From NCBI GenBank assembly GCA_045863395.1, contig BTVJ01000023.1, positions 1 through 64,000 of the forward strand: a stretch of 64,000 bases of DNA. Reading direction: 5' to 3'. This document shows positions 39,652-48,642 of the stretch, piece after piece. The first letter of the stretch is position 1, and each line of letters opens with the position of its first letter. The notes beneath the pieces are model-generated. The model had not been told where the DNA came from, did not search any database, and saw only the letters and a program-made list of their open reading frames with translations. A program made the position numbers and the translations under genes. The stretch comes from Myxococcales bacterium. Its GTDB lineage: Bacteria > Myxococcota_A > UBA9042 > JABWCM01 > BTVJ01.

Positions 39652-40551
39652 ATGGCGCGACGTGCAGCCCTGCTCGGCCTGCTCGGCCTACTGGCGGCCT
39701 GCGAGAACCCGGTCGATGACTCGGTGAACGTGCTCCCGGGTGCCCTGAGCGGGGACTCCACTGGCGGCAAGGACACGAAGACCCCTGGCGCCCTCGACGT
39801 ACCCGCAGACGTCTCCCCCGTGGAGTGCTCCGACTGCATGAAGGTCGGCGACTTCTACCGCGTGAACCTCCTGGAGGTGACGCAGCTCGACGGCAAGGAC
39901 CACCCGGTCATCGGCGTGCTGAACCCCCTGTGGAAGGAGGACATCCACCTCTTCGAGCTGAACATCCTGTTCCGCGTGGTCGCCATCGAGGACACGAAGC
40001 TGGAGCTGGCGGTCATCAGCGGTGCGCGCGTGGGCACCGACGGCAAGGTGTGCATCGTCAAGGACACGGAGGCCCCCCTGAAGCTCACGCGGGCGGGCTG
40101 CTTCGCCCCGGACTCGGAGCCGGCGGCGCTCAACATCTACGCGGGGGCGCCCACGACACCCAAGAACTGCACCGTCTCCCCGACGACCCTGCCCGTGAGG
40201 CACGTGATCCCCGTGGTCAACGCCAAGATCACGGGCCAGGTCGCCACGGACTGCTCCACCATGACCAACGGCCAGGTGGACGGGGTCATCGCGGAGGAGG
40301 CCTTGAAGCAGATCTGCACGTGCAGCACAGGCACGGGCGTCTTCAGCGACAAGTGCGGTTCGCCCGACAATTCCTATGCCGACGCCAAGTGTGGCGGGTG
40401 CGGCAACTCCTGGAAGAGCCTCATGGACCTGCTCAAGGCCTTCGGCGCCCTGGACTACGGCTGCAAGACCGAGGACGGTAAGCCCGGCGTGTGCCTGCTG
40501 GCTCACTTCGAGGCCGAGCGCTTCCCGGAGACGCCGCCCCCCTGCCCCTGA
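39652..40551 (+). CDS. Cys-rich lipoprotein
   Basis: AAGGAG RBS, lipobox LAAC and numerous Cys. Divergent from the FadL-like gene. Confidence 0.8.
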   Translation: MARRAALLGLLGLLAACENPVDDSVNVLPGALSGDSTGGKDTKTPGALDVPADVSPVECSDCMKVGDFYRVNLLEVTQLDGKDHPVIGVLNPLWKEDIHLFELNILFRVVAIEDTKLELAVISGARVGTDGKVCIVKDTEAPLKLTRAGCFAPDSEPAALNIYAGAPTTPKNCTVSPTTLPVRHVIPVVNAKITGQVATDCSTMTNGQVDGVIAEEALKQICTCSTGTGVFSDKCGSPDNSYADAKCGGCGNSWKSLMDLLKAFGALDYGCKTEDGKPGVCLLAHFEAERFPETPPPCP

Positions 40552-41219
40552 CCCGTCGCTCCCTGACGGCGCCCCACGAAGAGCACGTGACGTCCTCCGC
40601 GGCGCTCCCGGGCAGGCGGTCGCAGGACCTCCACCGAGAGGGCGGCCCGGCGCAAGCGCGATGTGTAGCCGGGGTCGTCCGCCGCTGACCAGACCACGAG
40701 GGCGCCGCCCGGCGCCAGCGCCTGCGCGCAGGCGGCGATGCCGTCGGGCCCGTACACGGCGTCGTTGGCGTCCCGGGTGAGGCCGCGGGGGCCGTTGTCG
40801 ACATCGAGCAGGATGGCGTCGAGGTCCCGGGATCTGCGGATCACGGTCAGGACGTCGTCGACGACGACCGTCACCCGCGGGTCGTCCAGCGGGTGCCCGG
40901 CGAGGGGGCCGAGGACGCCCCGGTTCCACGCGACCACGTCGGGGACCAGCTCGGCGACCACGACGGCCGCGCTGGTGGGGAGAGCGTCCAGCGCCGCGCG
41001 GAGCGTGTAGCCGAGACCGAGCCCACCGATCAGGACGCTGGCGCCAGCGCAAAGGCCCACGCAGGCAGCCCGGGCGAGGGCCTCCTCCGAACCGTGCATC
41101 CGGCTCGACATGAGCATCTGGCCATCGACACGGATGACCAGCTCGTCGCCGCGGCGGGCCAGCACGAGCTCACCACCGTCGGGGGCACGCCCGGTGCCGA
41201 GGGTCTCCCAGGGCTTCAC
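40503..41219 (-). CDS. spermidine synthase-like SAM-dependent methyltransferase
   Basis: VKPWETL...PDGGEL, LMSSRMHGSEEALA, LIGGLGLGYTL, ILLDVDNGP and GGALVVWSA. Confidence 0.85.
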   Translation of the reverse strand: MKPWETLGTGRAPDGGELVLARRGDELVIRVDGQMLMSSRMHGSEEALARAACVGLCAGASVLIGGLGLGYTLRAALDALPTSAAVVVAELVPDVVAWNRGVLGPLAGHPLDDPRVTVVVDDVLTVIRRSRDLDAILLDVDNGPRGLTRDANDAVYGPDGIAACAQALAPGGALVVWSAADDPGYTSRLRRAALSVEVLRPPARERRGGRHVLFVGRRQGATGQGQGGGVSGKRSASK

Positions 41220-41386
41220 GAAGACTCCGTCATGAGCGGCCCACTCCGTCGTCGAGATCCACGCAAAGCACCCAGTCTGCCGCGCCCCGACGTTTCTTCG
41301 CAACACCTCCGCGCCACGGTCGAAGCATGCGCCGCTCGCAACGCAGCGGGCTTCCCTCGAACAAATTGGACTCTGGAGGTATCGTC

Positions 41387-41839
41387 ATGCGCCTGTCCTC
41401 GCTTCGCTCTGCGTTCCTCAGTTTTGGCGCTACCCAGACCCTGTGGGCACTCCCGGCCATCTTCGACGACTTCACCATCTCCATGGTGCTCCTGGTGCTC
41501 CTCCCCGGGCTCCTCTACATTGGCATCGGCGCCAACCTCGCGCGGTGCCAGGTCTGGAGCCACCGCATCGTCGAGTGGCCGCCGCAGCTCTTCTCCCACG
41601 TGTTCCTCATGATGGCCGTCGTGATGGGCGTCGCCAGCCTCGTCCTCCCAGGCGTGGACCATCGCTCGACGGAGAGCAGCGGGGACTACCTTGGCGCCGC
41701 AACGGTCCTGGGAGGCGTGGGAGCGCTCCACCTCGTGCTGTGGCTGTTCGCCCGCAAGGTGAATCGTCTGGTCGCCGCCATCGCGGAAGCGGACGTCTCG
41801 GAGAAGATGCCTCGCGTCGCCGCCATGGACGCCCACTGA
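41387..41839 (+). CDS. small integral membrane protein (about 4 TM)
   Basis: GGAGG RBS and four hydrophobic segments. Confidence 0.65.
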   Translation: MRLSSLRSAFLSFGATQTLWALPAIFDDFTISMVLLVLLPGLLYIGIGANLARCQVWSHRIVEWPPQLFSHVFLMMAVVMGVASLVLPGVDHRSTESSGDYLGAATVLGGVGALHLVLWLFARKVNRLVAAIAEADVSEKMPRVAAMDAH

Positions 41840-41880
41840 CCACCCGCCGAGCCCCTCGCCATCCCTCCTCCGAGCCCCCC

Positions 41881-44691
41881 TCAGAAGATGAGCGTCCCCT
41901 CCGAGAGCGACGACGTGACGTAGCGCCGGATGGCGTCGAGCCCCTGGTCGATGGCGTACAGGCGAGCGTCCAGGTCGAAGGTGCGGAGCGCGTTGGGGAG
42001 GCCGCCTCCCAAGATGGCGTCCGGCGTGAGGCGGCTCGTCACCGTGAAGCGCCAGCGGAGGTCCTGGGGGGTGGCGTCCACGACCTGCCCCGTGCCCGCG
42101 TCCGTCGTGCAGCAGCCCGGGCGCACGTTGATGGTGAAGGCGAAGTTGGTGAAGGGGTGGAGGTCCAGTGAGTCGTCCAAGTTGGCGCCGCTGCCGTCGA
42201 GGGAGCAGCTCACGGCGGTGGCGCCCTCCTTCACCGTGGCCTGCGTCGCCCGCCCGGTCAGCCGTGGGTCCTTCGACTCGTCGACCACGCAGGCGCCCCC
42301 CTGGTTGACCACGCGGTGGAGGAAGCCCGTGCGGCCTCCGTTGACCACGAAGGTGCCCCGTGGGGCTCGCACGCGATAGCCAGAGAGCGCCGGAAAGCAC
42401 GTGGGGTGGGGCGTGACGTCTACTCCGGGCGAGAACGTCCGGTAGGGCGCGACCTGGCCGCAGGCAGGCACCTCGTCGACACGCTCGTTCAGGATCCCCA
42501 CTGCGCCCTCCGGCGACAGAACGAGGGAATCGACCCGCACCTCCGCGATGGGGATGGCGAAGCGGTCGCCGATCCAGCGGGCGGTCGAGCCGGGGGCAGC
42601 GCAGTCCACCCGGTAGCCGGGCTCGATGACCAGCACGTCGCCAGGCTCGATGCCCGCCGCGCAGAAGTCGGCCCAGGGGTCGTGGAACAGGCCGTCGGCG
42701 GTCAGGATGGCGGCGGTCTTCGTGTCGCCGCGGTCCAGGATGACCCCCTCATGGGTCAAGCTCCAGGACTCACTGCGGGTCGTCCGCGGGTCGTCGCCGA
42801 GCTGGACCCCGTAGTAGCGGCCTTCCGTTGGGCTCGTGCTGAAGGCGCCAAGGTTGGCGAACTCGGACTGGACGGACAGGCCCTGCTGGAAGGTCTCCCC
42901 GGCGATGGTCAGCTCCGGCTGCGTGACGGACCCTCGCCCCGTCGTGGCGAGCGTCCCACGCTGGAGGTGCTTCACCTCGTCGCCCAGCTCCGCGTCGATG
43001 ACGTAGACGTAGCCGAGGCTCGTGCTCACGAAGGCGGCTTGCGTGGACGTCTGCTTCCCACCCACGATGGTCGTGGTCGCCGCGAAGGCCACCGAGAGCG
43101 GTGAGGCGGGGAGCTGGATCCCCGACACCTCTTGGGCGGCGAGCACCGGGTCGCCGTCCGCCTCCCGGGCGTTCACGTCCACATGGGCGCGGGCGTCCAG
43201 GTCGATGATCTCCACCGTCCCTCGTGATTGGTCCGTGACGTAGAGCCACCGGCCGTTGGGCGAGACGGCGAGGCTCGACGCCGGGGAGGCGCCGCTCGGG
43301 GCCTCCGAGGCGCCACCTCGGGTGTAGCAGTCCGGGTCCTCCGCGTCGATGAGCCCGTCGCCGTCGTCGTCCACGCCGTTGGCGCAGGCCGGGCGTGCCT
43401 CGCTGTTGGCCCACGGAGCGGCGCAGTCCGGGTCCTCGCCGATGCCGTCTCCGACCGGGGCTGCGTCCACCAGCCCGTCCCCGTCGTTGTCGATGCCGTC
43501 GTTGCAGGTCGTGGGGATCTCGTCCTCTGCGTTGTCCTGGCGGCTCCCGAAGCTGCGGAAGGGGGCGCAGTCCTTGTCGTCGGGGAGGGTCCCGTCGCCG
43601 CCGTAGTCCGCCGTGCCGTCGCCGTCGTTGTCCTCTCCGTCCGCGCACTGCGGGAGCTCGGACGGGCCCCGGGGGTTCCCGTTGCAGTGGGGATCTTCGA
43701 GATCCACGAGGCCGTCGCCGTCGTTGTCCAGGCCGTCGCTGCACGCAGGCTTGCTGGAGAACTCGGTGGTGTCGAGGCGCGAGCGGCAGCCCGGGTCTGC
43801 CGGCCAGTCCACGAGGCCGTCGCCGTCGTTGTCCAGGCCGTCGGCGCAGCCAGGGGGGGCGCCGTCGAAGGTGGCGGTCTCCTCCGAGGCCCCACTCGGG
43901 CTCTCGCAGTCGGGGTCGGCGCCGTCGACCAGGCCGTCCAGGTCATTGTCGAGGCCGTCGCCGCACTCGGGCGCGAAGGGGATGGTCGCGACCAACGCGC
44001 CGGTCGCCGGGTCCAGCTCGCTGACCGCCGAGATCGTGATATGCGAGGCGTAGATGGCCACCGCCTCTCCGTCCTTTGCGCGGACCGCCAGGTGGCGCGG
44101 TGTCCCGCCGACGGTCGTGCGCTCCAAGGCGGCCGGGTCCAGCGCGCCGAAGCCCTCGCCGAGGGGCACGCGGACCACCTCGCCGCGGTCGGGCAGCGTC
44201 AGCCACGCCGTCTGGGCCTCGGCGGTCCCGGTCACGACCACGTCCGCGGGCGTGCCTGGTAGCGCCTGTCGCTCCAAGTCGAGCGCGAGCTTGGCCACCC
44301 GCATGCGGTCGAGGGAGCGGGTGCCCGCGTTGGCCATGTAGACCCACGCGCCGTCCGCGCTCGCGACGATGCGGATGGGCTGGCCGCCGACGGGGCGGCG
44401 CGTGAAGCCGGGGATGAACGTGTCCTGATCGACGAAGCCCCCGTCGCTCACGGTGACGACGGCGAGGTCGCCCAGCTCGCCGTTGGGGACGAAGCCCAGG
44501 ATCGTGTGGCGGGTCGTGTCGCAGACCCCGGCGACCGGCACGAGGCCGGCGATGCCCTTGCGCCCGTCCACGCACACCAGGGCGATGTCCTGCGGGTGCG
44601 CGAGGTTGGAGGTCGGCTGGTCCGCGGGCGTGGGGCACGCAGCGGCGCCGAGGAGCAGCGAGAGGAGCAGGGCCTTGGGAGTGCGCGTCAT
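41881..44691 (-). CDS. large beta-propeller lipoprotein with six C-x-DG-x-DNDGDG-x-x-D...C repeats
   Basis: Lipobox AAAC. YVTN/YncE-like blades (ASADGAWVYMAN, AVSPNGRWLYVTD). Repeats at 43327-43965. Confidence 0.82.
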   Translation of the reverse strand: MTRTPKALLLSLLLGAAACPTPADQPTSNLAHPQDIALVCVDGRKGIAGLVPVAGVCDTTRHTILGFVPNGELGDLAVVTVSDGGFVDQDTFIPGFTRRPVGGQPIRIVASADGAWVYMANAGTRSLDRMRVAKLALDLERQALPGTPADVVVTGTAEAQTAWLTLPDRGEVVRVPLGEGFGALDPAALERTTVGGTPRHLAVRAKDGEAVAIYASHITISAVSELDPATGALVATIPFAPECGDGLDNDLDGLVDGADPDCESPSGASEETATFDGAPPGCADGLDNDGDGLVDWPADPGCRSRLDTTEFSSKPACSDGLDNDGDGLVDLEDPHCNGNPRGPSELPQCADGEDNDGDGTADYGGDGTLPDDKDCAPFRSFGSRQDNAEDEIPTTCNDGIDNDGDGLVDAAPVGDGIGEDPDCAAPWANSEARPACANGVDDDGDGLIDAEDPDCYTRGGASEAPSGASPASSLAVSPNGRWLYVTDQSRGTVEIIDLDARAHVDVNAREADGDPVLAAQEVSGIQLPASPLSVAFAATTTIVGGKQTSTQAAFVSTSLGYVYVIDAELGDEVKHLQRGTLATTGRGSVTQPELTIAGETFQQGLSVQSEFANLGAFSTSPTEGRYYGVQLGDDPRTTRSESWSLTHEGVILDRGDTKTAAILTADGLFHDPWADFCAAGIEPGDVLVIEPGYRVDCAAPGSTARWIGDRFAIPIAEVRVDSLVLSPEGAVGILNERVDEVPACGQVAPYRTFSPGVDVTPHPTCFPALSGYRVRAPRGTFVVNGGRTGFLHRVVNQGGACVVDESKDPRLTGRATQATVKEGATAVSCSLDGSGANLDDSLDLHPFTNFAFTINVRPGCCTTDAGTGQVVDATPQDLRWRFTVTSRLTPDAILGGGLPNALRTFDLDARLYAIDQGLDAIRRYVTSSLSEGTLIF

Positions 44692-45957
44692 TCAGCGGAT
44701 CTCGGCGATGACCTGGTGGTGGAACGGGCTCTTCGGGTCCAGCTCGATGACGGCGACGGAGTTCTGCTCGAACTTGGACACGTAGGCACGCGTCCCGGCG
44801 GTCTCGCTCTGCACGATGGCGATGTCGTACGGGCCGATGCCGAGCTCGATGCGGTCGACGACCTCCATCAGGAGGGTGTCGACCACCCACAGGTCGCCCG
44901 AGCCGAAGCAGACCGCGTAGACCAGATCGCCCAGGCCGTCCTCTCGCGGGAGCACGGCCAGCTCGCTCGGGCGGGCGCCGAGGCCCACCATCCCAAGCAC
45001 CTGGTTGCGAGGGTTGCCGTTCGCGCCGGCCGACACGTCGATGACGGCGATGGCTGGCGGGGAGCGCCATGCGACGTAGGCGCGTGTACCGGCCGCGTTG
45101 AGGGTCAGCCCGTGGCCGTAGTCGCCGGCCGTCGTCACGTTGGTGACGTTGACCGCCGACGCCGACACCTGGGGCAGTGTCTCGTTGCCGTCGACGTTGA
45201 GGTTCTCCGGGCCGACCTCGCTCCGGGGGCCGTCGGTGATCTTCAGCGCGAAGACCTGGGCGGCGAAGTGGCTCGACACGTAGGTCACGCCCGTCGCAGC
45301 GGAGGTCGCGACGCCGTGGAGGCCCGCCTGGAGCTGGACCGAACGCAGCAAGGACGGCGCGCCGTCCGCTGCGAGGCGCCACACCCCGAGGCGCCCGTCG
45401 AGGAGCGAGCCCGTCAGGAGGAGGTTGCTCTGGTTCGGGCCCATGGCCTTGACGCCGGCGCCGAAGGGGTTGTCGCCCACGCGGACCGTCGCCCCGTTGA
45501 CCGTGGCCTCGCCGATGGAGAACTCCGGGGAGCACACCTCGATGCCGCTCGCGGCGTCGCCCTTCGTGCAGCGCAGATCGGGCGTGCCACCCTTGCGCTC
45601 GATGCGGAACCAAGAGAGGGCGTCCGCGTCCCGGTCAGGCAGATAGCCGGCGATGGCCGCGCCGTCCAGCGTCTCGAGCACCAGCTTGCCAGGGAACGTC
45701 CCCACCTGGATGGTGGCGTCCGGCACGATCCGGTGGGTCAGCAGGTCGACCACCACCACCGAGCCGCCCCGGTAGAGCAGGTCGAAGTTGGAGTTGACCA
45801 CATAGAGGTGGCGCCCGTCCGGGTCCGCCGCGAGCGAGGTCGGGAAGTGGAGCCGGTCCGACGGATGGTCCTTGCCTCGGACCTCCTCGCCGCATGCCGC
45901 GAGGTTCGCGAGCCACAGGGCCGCGACCGCACCCCACGTCCCGAGCCTCACTCTCAC
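44692..45957 (-). CDS. YncE/YVTN-like beta-propeller lipoprotein
   Basis: Lipobox LAAC, FPTSLAADPDGRHLYVVNSNFDLLY and GIGPYDIA. Start overlaps the ppdK stop. Confidence 0.82.
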   Translation of the reverse strand: MRVRLGTWGAVAALWLANLAACGEEVRGKDHPSDRLHFPTSLAADPDGRHLYVVNSNFDLLYRGGSVVVVDLLTHRIVPDATIQVGTFPGKLVLETLDGAAIAGYLPDRDADALSWFRIERKGGTPDLRCTKGDAASGIEVCSPEFSIGEATVNGATVRVGDNPFGAGVKAMGPNQSNLLLTGSLLDGRLGVWRLAADGAPSLLRSVQLQAGLHGVATSAATGVTYVSSHFAAQVFALKITDGPRSEVGPENLNVDGNETLPQVSASAVNVTNVTTAGDYGHGLTLNAAGTRAYVAWRSPPAIAVIDVSAGANGNPRNQVLGMVGLGARPSELAVLPREDGLGDLVYAVCFGSGDLWVVDTLLMEVVDRIELGIGPYDIAIVQSETAGTRAYVSKFEQNSVAVIELDPKSPFHHQVIAEIR

Positions 45958-48623
45958 TTGCTCTCCTCGAGGGTGGCGTGGGCCGCCGCCAACCGCGCGA
46001 TGGGCACGCGGAAGGGAGAGCAGCTCACATAGTCGAGGCCGATGCGGTGGAAGGTGTGGACCGAGATCGGCTCACCGCCGTGCTCGCCGCAGATGCCCAG
46101 GTGGAGGTGGGGGTTGGACGACCGGCCCCGGTCCACGGCCATCTGCACCAGCTCCGCCACGCCGTCGTCGACGACCACGAAGGGGTCGTGCTTGAGGACG
46201 CCCTTCTCCACGTAGCGGGGCAGGAACTTGCCCGCGTCGTCCCGCGAGAGGCCGAAGGTGGTCTGTGTCAGGTCATTGGTGCCGAAGCTGAAGAAGTCCG
46301 CGTGCTTCGCGATGTCGTGGGCCTTGATGGCCGCTCGCGGCAGCTCGATCATGGTGCCGACGAGGTACTCCACGGTCACGCCCATGCGGGCCATGGTGTC
46401 CTCCGCCACGGCGACGGACAGCGTGCGCAGCTCGGCGAGCTCGGTCTCGGTGCTGACCAGCGGGATCATGATCTCGGGGACGATGGTGTAGCCGTCGTCT
46501 CGCACCAGCTCGCAGGCTGCCTCCATGATGGCGCGCACCTGCATCTCGTAGATCTCGGGGTACGTCACCCCCAGGCGGCAGCCGCGGTGGCCGAGCATGG
46601 GGTTCATCTCGTGCAGCGTCTCGACCGCGTGCTTGACCGCCTCGAAGGTCGCGCCCGTATCCTCTGCCACGGCGCGGATGTCGTCCGCATGCTGCGGCAG
46701 GAACTCGTGGAGCGGCGGGTCCAGCAGGCGGATGGTGACGGGCAGGCCCTTCATCGCCTGGAAGATGCCGCGGAAGTCGCCGCGCTGCATCGGGAGCAGC
46801 TTGTCGAGGGCCTTGCGGCGGCCCGCCTCGTCCGGCGCCAGGATCATCTCGCGCACCGCCAGGATGCGCTCCTCGCTGAAGAACATGTGCTCGGTGCGGC
46901 AGAGCCCGATGCCCTGGGCGCCGAAGCCGCGGGCGACCTCCGCGTCGTGGGGCGTGTCCGCGTTGGCGCGCACCTTGAGGCGCCGGAAGCCGTCGGCCCA
47001 GCCCATGAGCGTCTCGAAGTTCTCGTCGGGATCTGGCGCGACCGTGGCCACCGAGCCGAGGAACACTTCTCCCGTGCTGCCGTCGACGCTGATCACCTCC
47101 CCCTCGTGCAGCGTCCGGTCGCCGACCTTGATGGTCCTGGCGGTCTCGCTGACCGCCAGGGCGCCGCAGCCCGCCACGCAGCACTTGCCCATGCCGCGGG
47201 CGACCACCGCCGCGTGGCTGGTCATGCCGCCGCGCGCCGTCAGCACCGCCCGCGCCTTGTTCATGCCGGCCAGGTCCTCGGGGCTGGTCTCGTTGCGTAC
47301 CAGGATGACCTGCTTGCCCTCCGCCGCCCAGGCGACCGCGTCCTCCGCGGAGAACACGATCTGCCCGTGCTCGGCGCCCGGCGACGCGGCGAGGCCGGTG
47401 GCCAGGAGGCGCCGTTCTGCCTTGGCGGCCTTGATGGCCTTGGGGTCGAACTGGGGGTGGAGGAGCTGGTCCAGGTCCTTGGGCTGGACGCGAAGCACGG
47501 CGGTTCGCCTGTCGATGAGCCCCTCGCCGACCATCTCGACGGCGATACGGATGGCCGCCTTGGCCGTGCGCTTGCCGTTGCGGGTCTGGAGCATCCACAG
47601 CTTGCCGCGCTCGACGGTGAACTCCATGTCCTGCATGTCGCGGTAGTGGGCCTCCAGGCGGTGGTAGATGTCCACCAGCTCCTGGTAGACCACCGGCATG
47701 GTCGCCTCGAGGCTCGGGAGCACGCTGTCGTGTCCCGAGATTGGCCGCGGCGTCCGGATGCCTGCCACCACGTCCTCGCCCTGGGCGTTGGGCAGGTACT
47801 CGCCGAAGAAGCGGCGCTCGCCCGTCGACGGATCACGGGTGAAGCACACGCCCGTGGCGCAGTCGTCACCCTGGTTGCCGAAGACCATGGCCTGGACGTT
47901 CACCGCGGTGCCCAGGTCGTGGGGGATCCCGTTGAGGTTCCGATACTCGATGGCGCGCTTGTTGTTCCAGCTCGCGAAGACCGCCTCGATGGACGCGATG
48001 AGCTGCGAGCGGGGATCCGTCGGGAACGGCTTGCCGGTCGCTGCCTGCACCTTGGCGCGGAAGATGCCGACCAGCTCGCGGAGCTGGTCCGCCGTCAGGT
48101 CCTGGTCCGTCTGGGCGCCCGCGCGCACCTTCATGTCGTGGAGCTCCGTCTCCAGGAGGCCGCCCTCCAGGTTGAGCACCACGTTGGAGTACATCTGGAT
48201 GAAGCGGCGGAAGCTGTCCGCGGCGAACCGTGCCCCGCCCTTGGCGGCGAGGCCCTCCATCGTCTGGTCGTTGAGGCCGAGGTTGAGGACGGTGTCCATC
48301 ATGCCCGGCATGCTGAACTTGGCGCCGGAGCGCACGGAGACGAGCAGCGGGTCCCCCGGGTCGCCGAAGCGGCGGCCCATCTTGCCCTCGAGCCACGCCA
48401 TGGCGGCGTCGACCTGCTCGTCCAGGCCCGCGGGGCGCTGGCGGCCGTTCCTGTAGTACTCGGTGCAGGCGTTGGTCGCGATGGTGAAGCCCGGCGGGAC
48501 CGGGAGGCCGAGGCGGGTCATCTCGGCGAGGCCCGCGCCCTTGCCGCCGAGGACCTCCTTCATGCGGCCGTCGCCGTCCGTCTCGTCGTGGCTGAACTTG
48601 TAGACGTACCTGGTCTCGCTCAT
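45954..48623 (-). CDS. ppdK: pyruvate, phosphate dikinase
   Basis: LGGKGAGLAEM, LLVSVRSGA-x-x-SMPGMMDT, GGMTSHAAVVAR, GIGLCRTEHMF, FSFGTNDLTQ and GICGEHGG. Confidence 0.98.
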   Translation of the reverse strand: MSETRYVYKFSHDETDGDGRMKEVLGGKGAGLAEMTRLGLPVPPGFTIATNACTEYYRNGRQRPAGLDEQVDAAMAWLEGKMGRRFGDPGDPLLVSVRSGAKFSMPGMMDTVLNLGLNDQTMEGLAAKGGARFAADSFRRFIQMYSNVVLNLEGGLLETELHDMKVRAGAQTDQDLTADQLRELVGIFRAKVQAATGKPFPTDPRSQLIASIEAVFASWNNKRAIEYRNLNGIPHDLGTAVNVQAMVFGNQGDDCATGVCFTRDPSTGERRFFGEYLPNAQGEDVVAGIRTPRPISGHDSVLPSLEATMPVVYQELVDIYHRLEAHYRDMQDMEFTVERGKLWMLQTRNGKRTAKAAIRIAVEMVGEGLIDRRTAVLRVQPKDLDQLLHPQFDPKAIKAAKAERRLLATGLAASPGAEHGQIVFSAEDAVAWAAEGKQVILVRNETSPEDLAGMNKARAVLTARGGMTSHAAVVARGMGKCCVAGCGALAVSETARTIKVGDRTLHEGEVISVDGSTGEVFLGSVATVAPDPDENFETLMGWADGFRRLKVRANADTPHDAEVARGFGAQGIGLCRTEHMFFSEERILAVREMILAPDEAGRRKALDKLLPMQRGDFRGIFQAMKGLPVTIRLLDPPLHEFLPQHADDIRAVAEDTGATFEAVKHAVETLHEMNPMLGHRGCRLGVTYPEIYEMQVRAIMEAACELVRDDGYTIVPEIMIPLVSTETELAELRTLSVAVAEDTMARMGVTVEYLVGTMIELPRAAIKAHDIAKHADFFSFGTNDLTQTTFGLSRDDAGKFLPRYVEKGVLKHDPFVVVDDGVAELVQMAVDRGRSSNPHLHLGICGEHGGEPISVHTFHRIGLDYVSCSPFRVPIARLAAAHATLEESK

Positions 48624-48642
48624 GTCCGTTCTCCAGTCTGGC

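Noticed and set aside
40503..40551. 49-nt tail-to-tail overlap of two convergent genes
   Set aside because: Most simply a stop-codon drift extension of the methyltransferase in GC-rich DNA, with no evidence of function.
43327..43965. CRISPR-like repeat-spacer appearance (GCCGTCGCCGTCGTTGTCC units)
   Set aside because: The repeats are in-frame protein repeats with synonymous variation and irregular spacing, and there are no cas genes.
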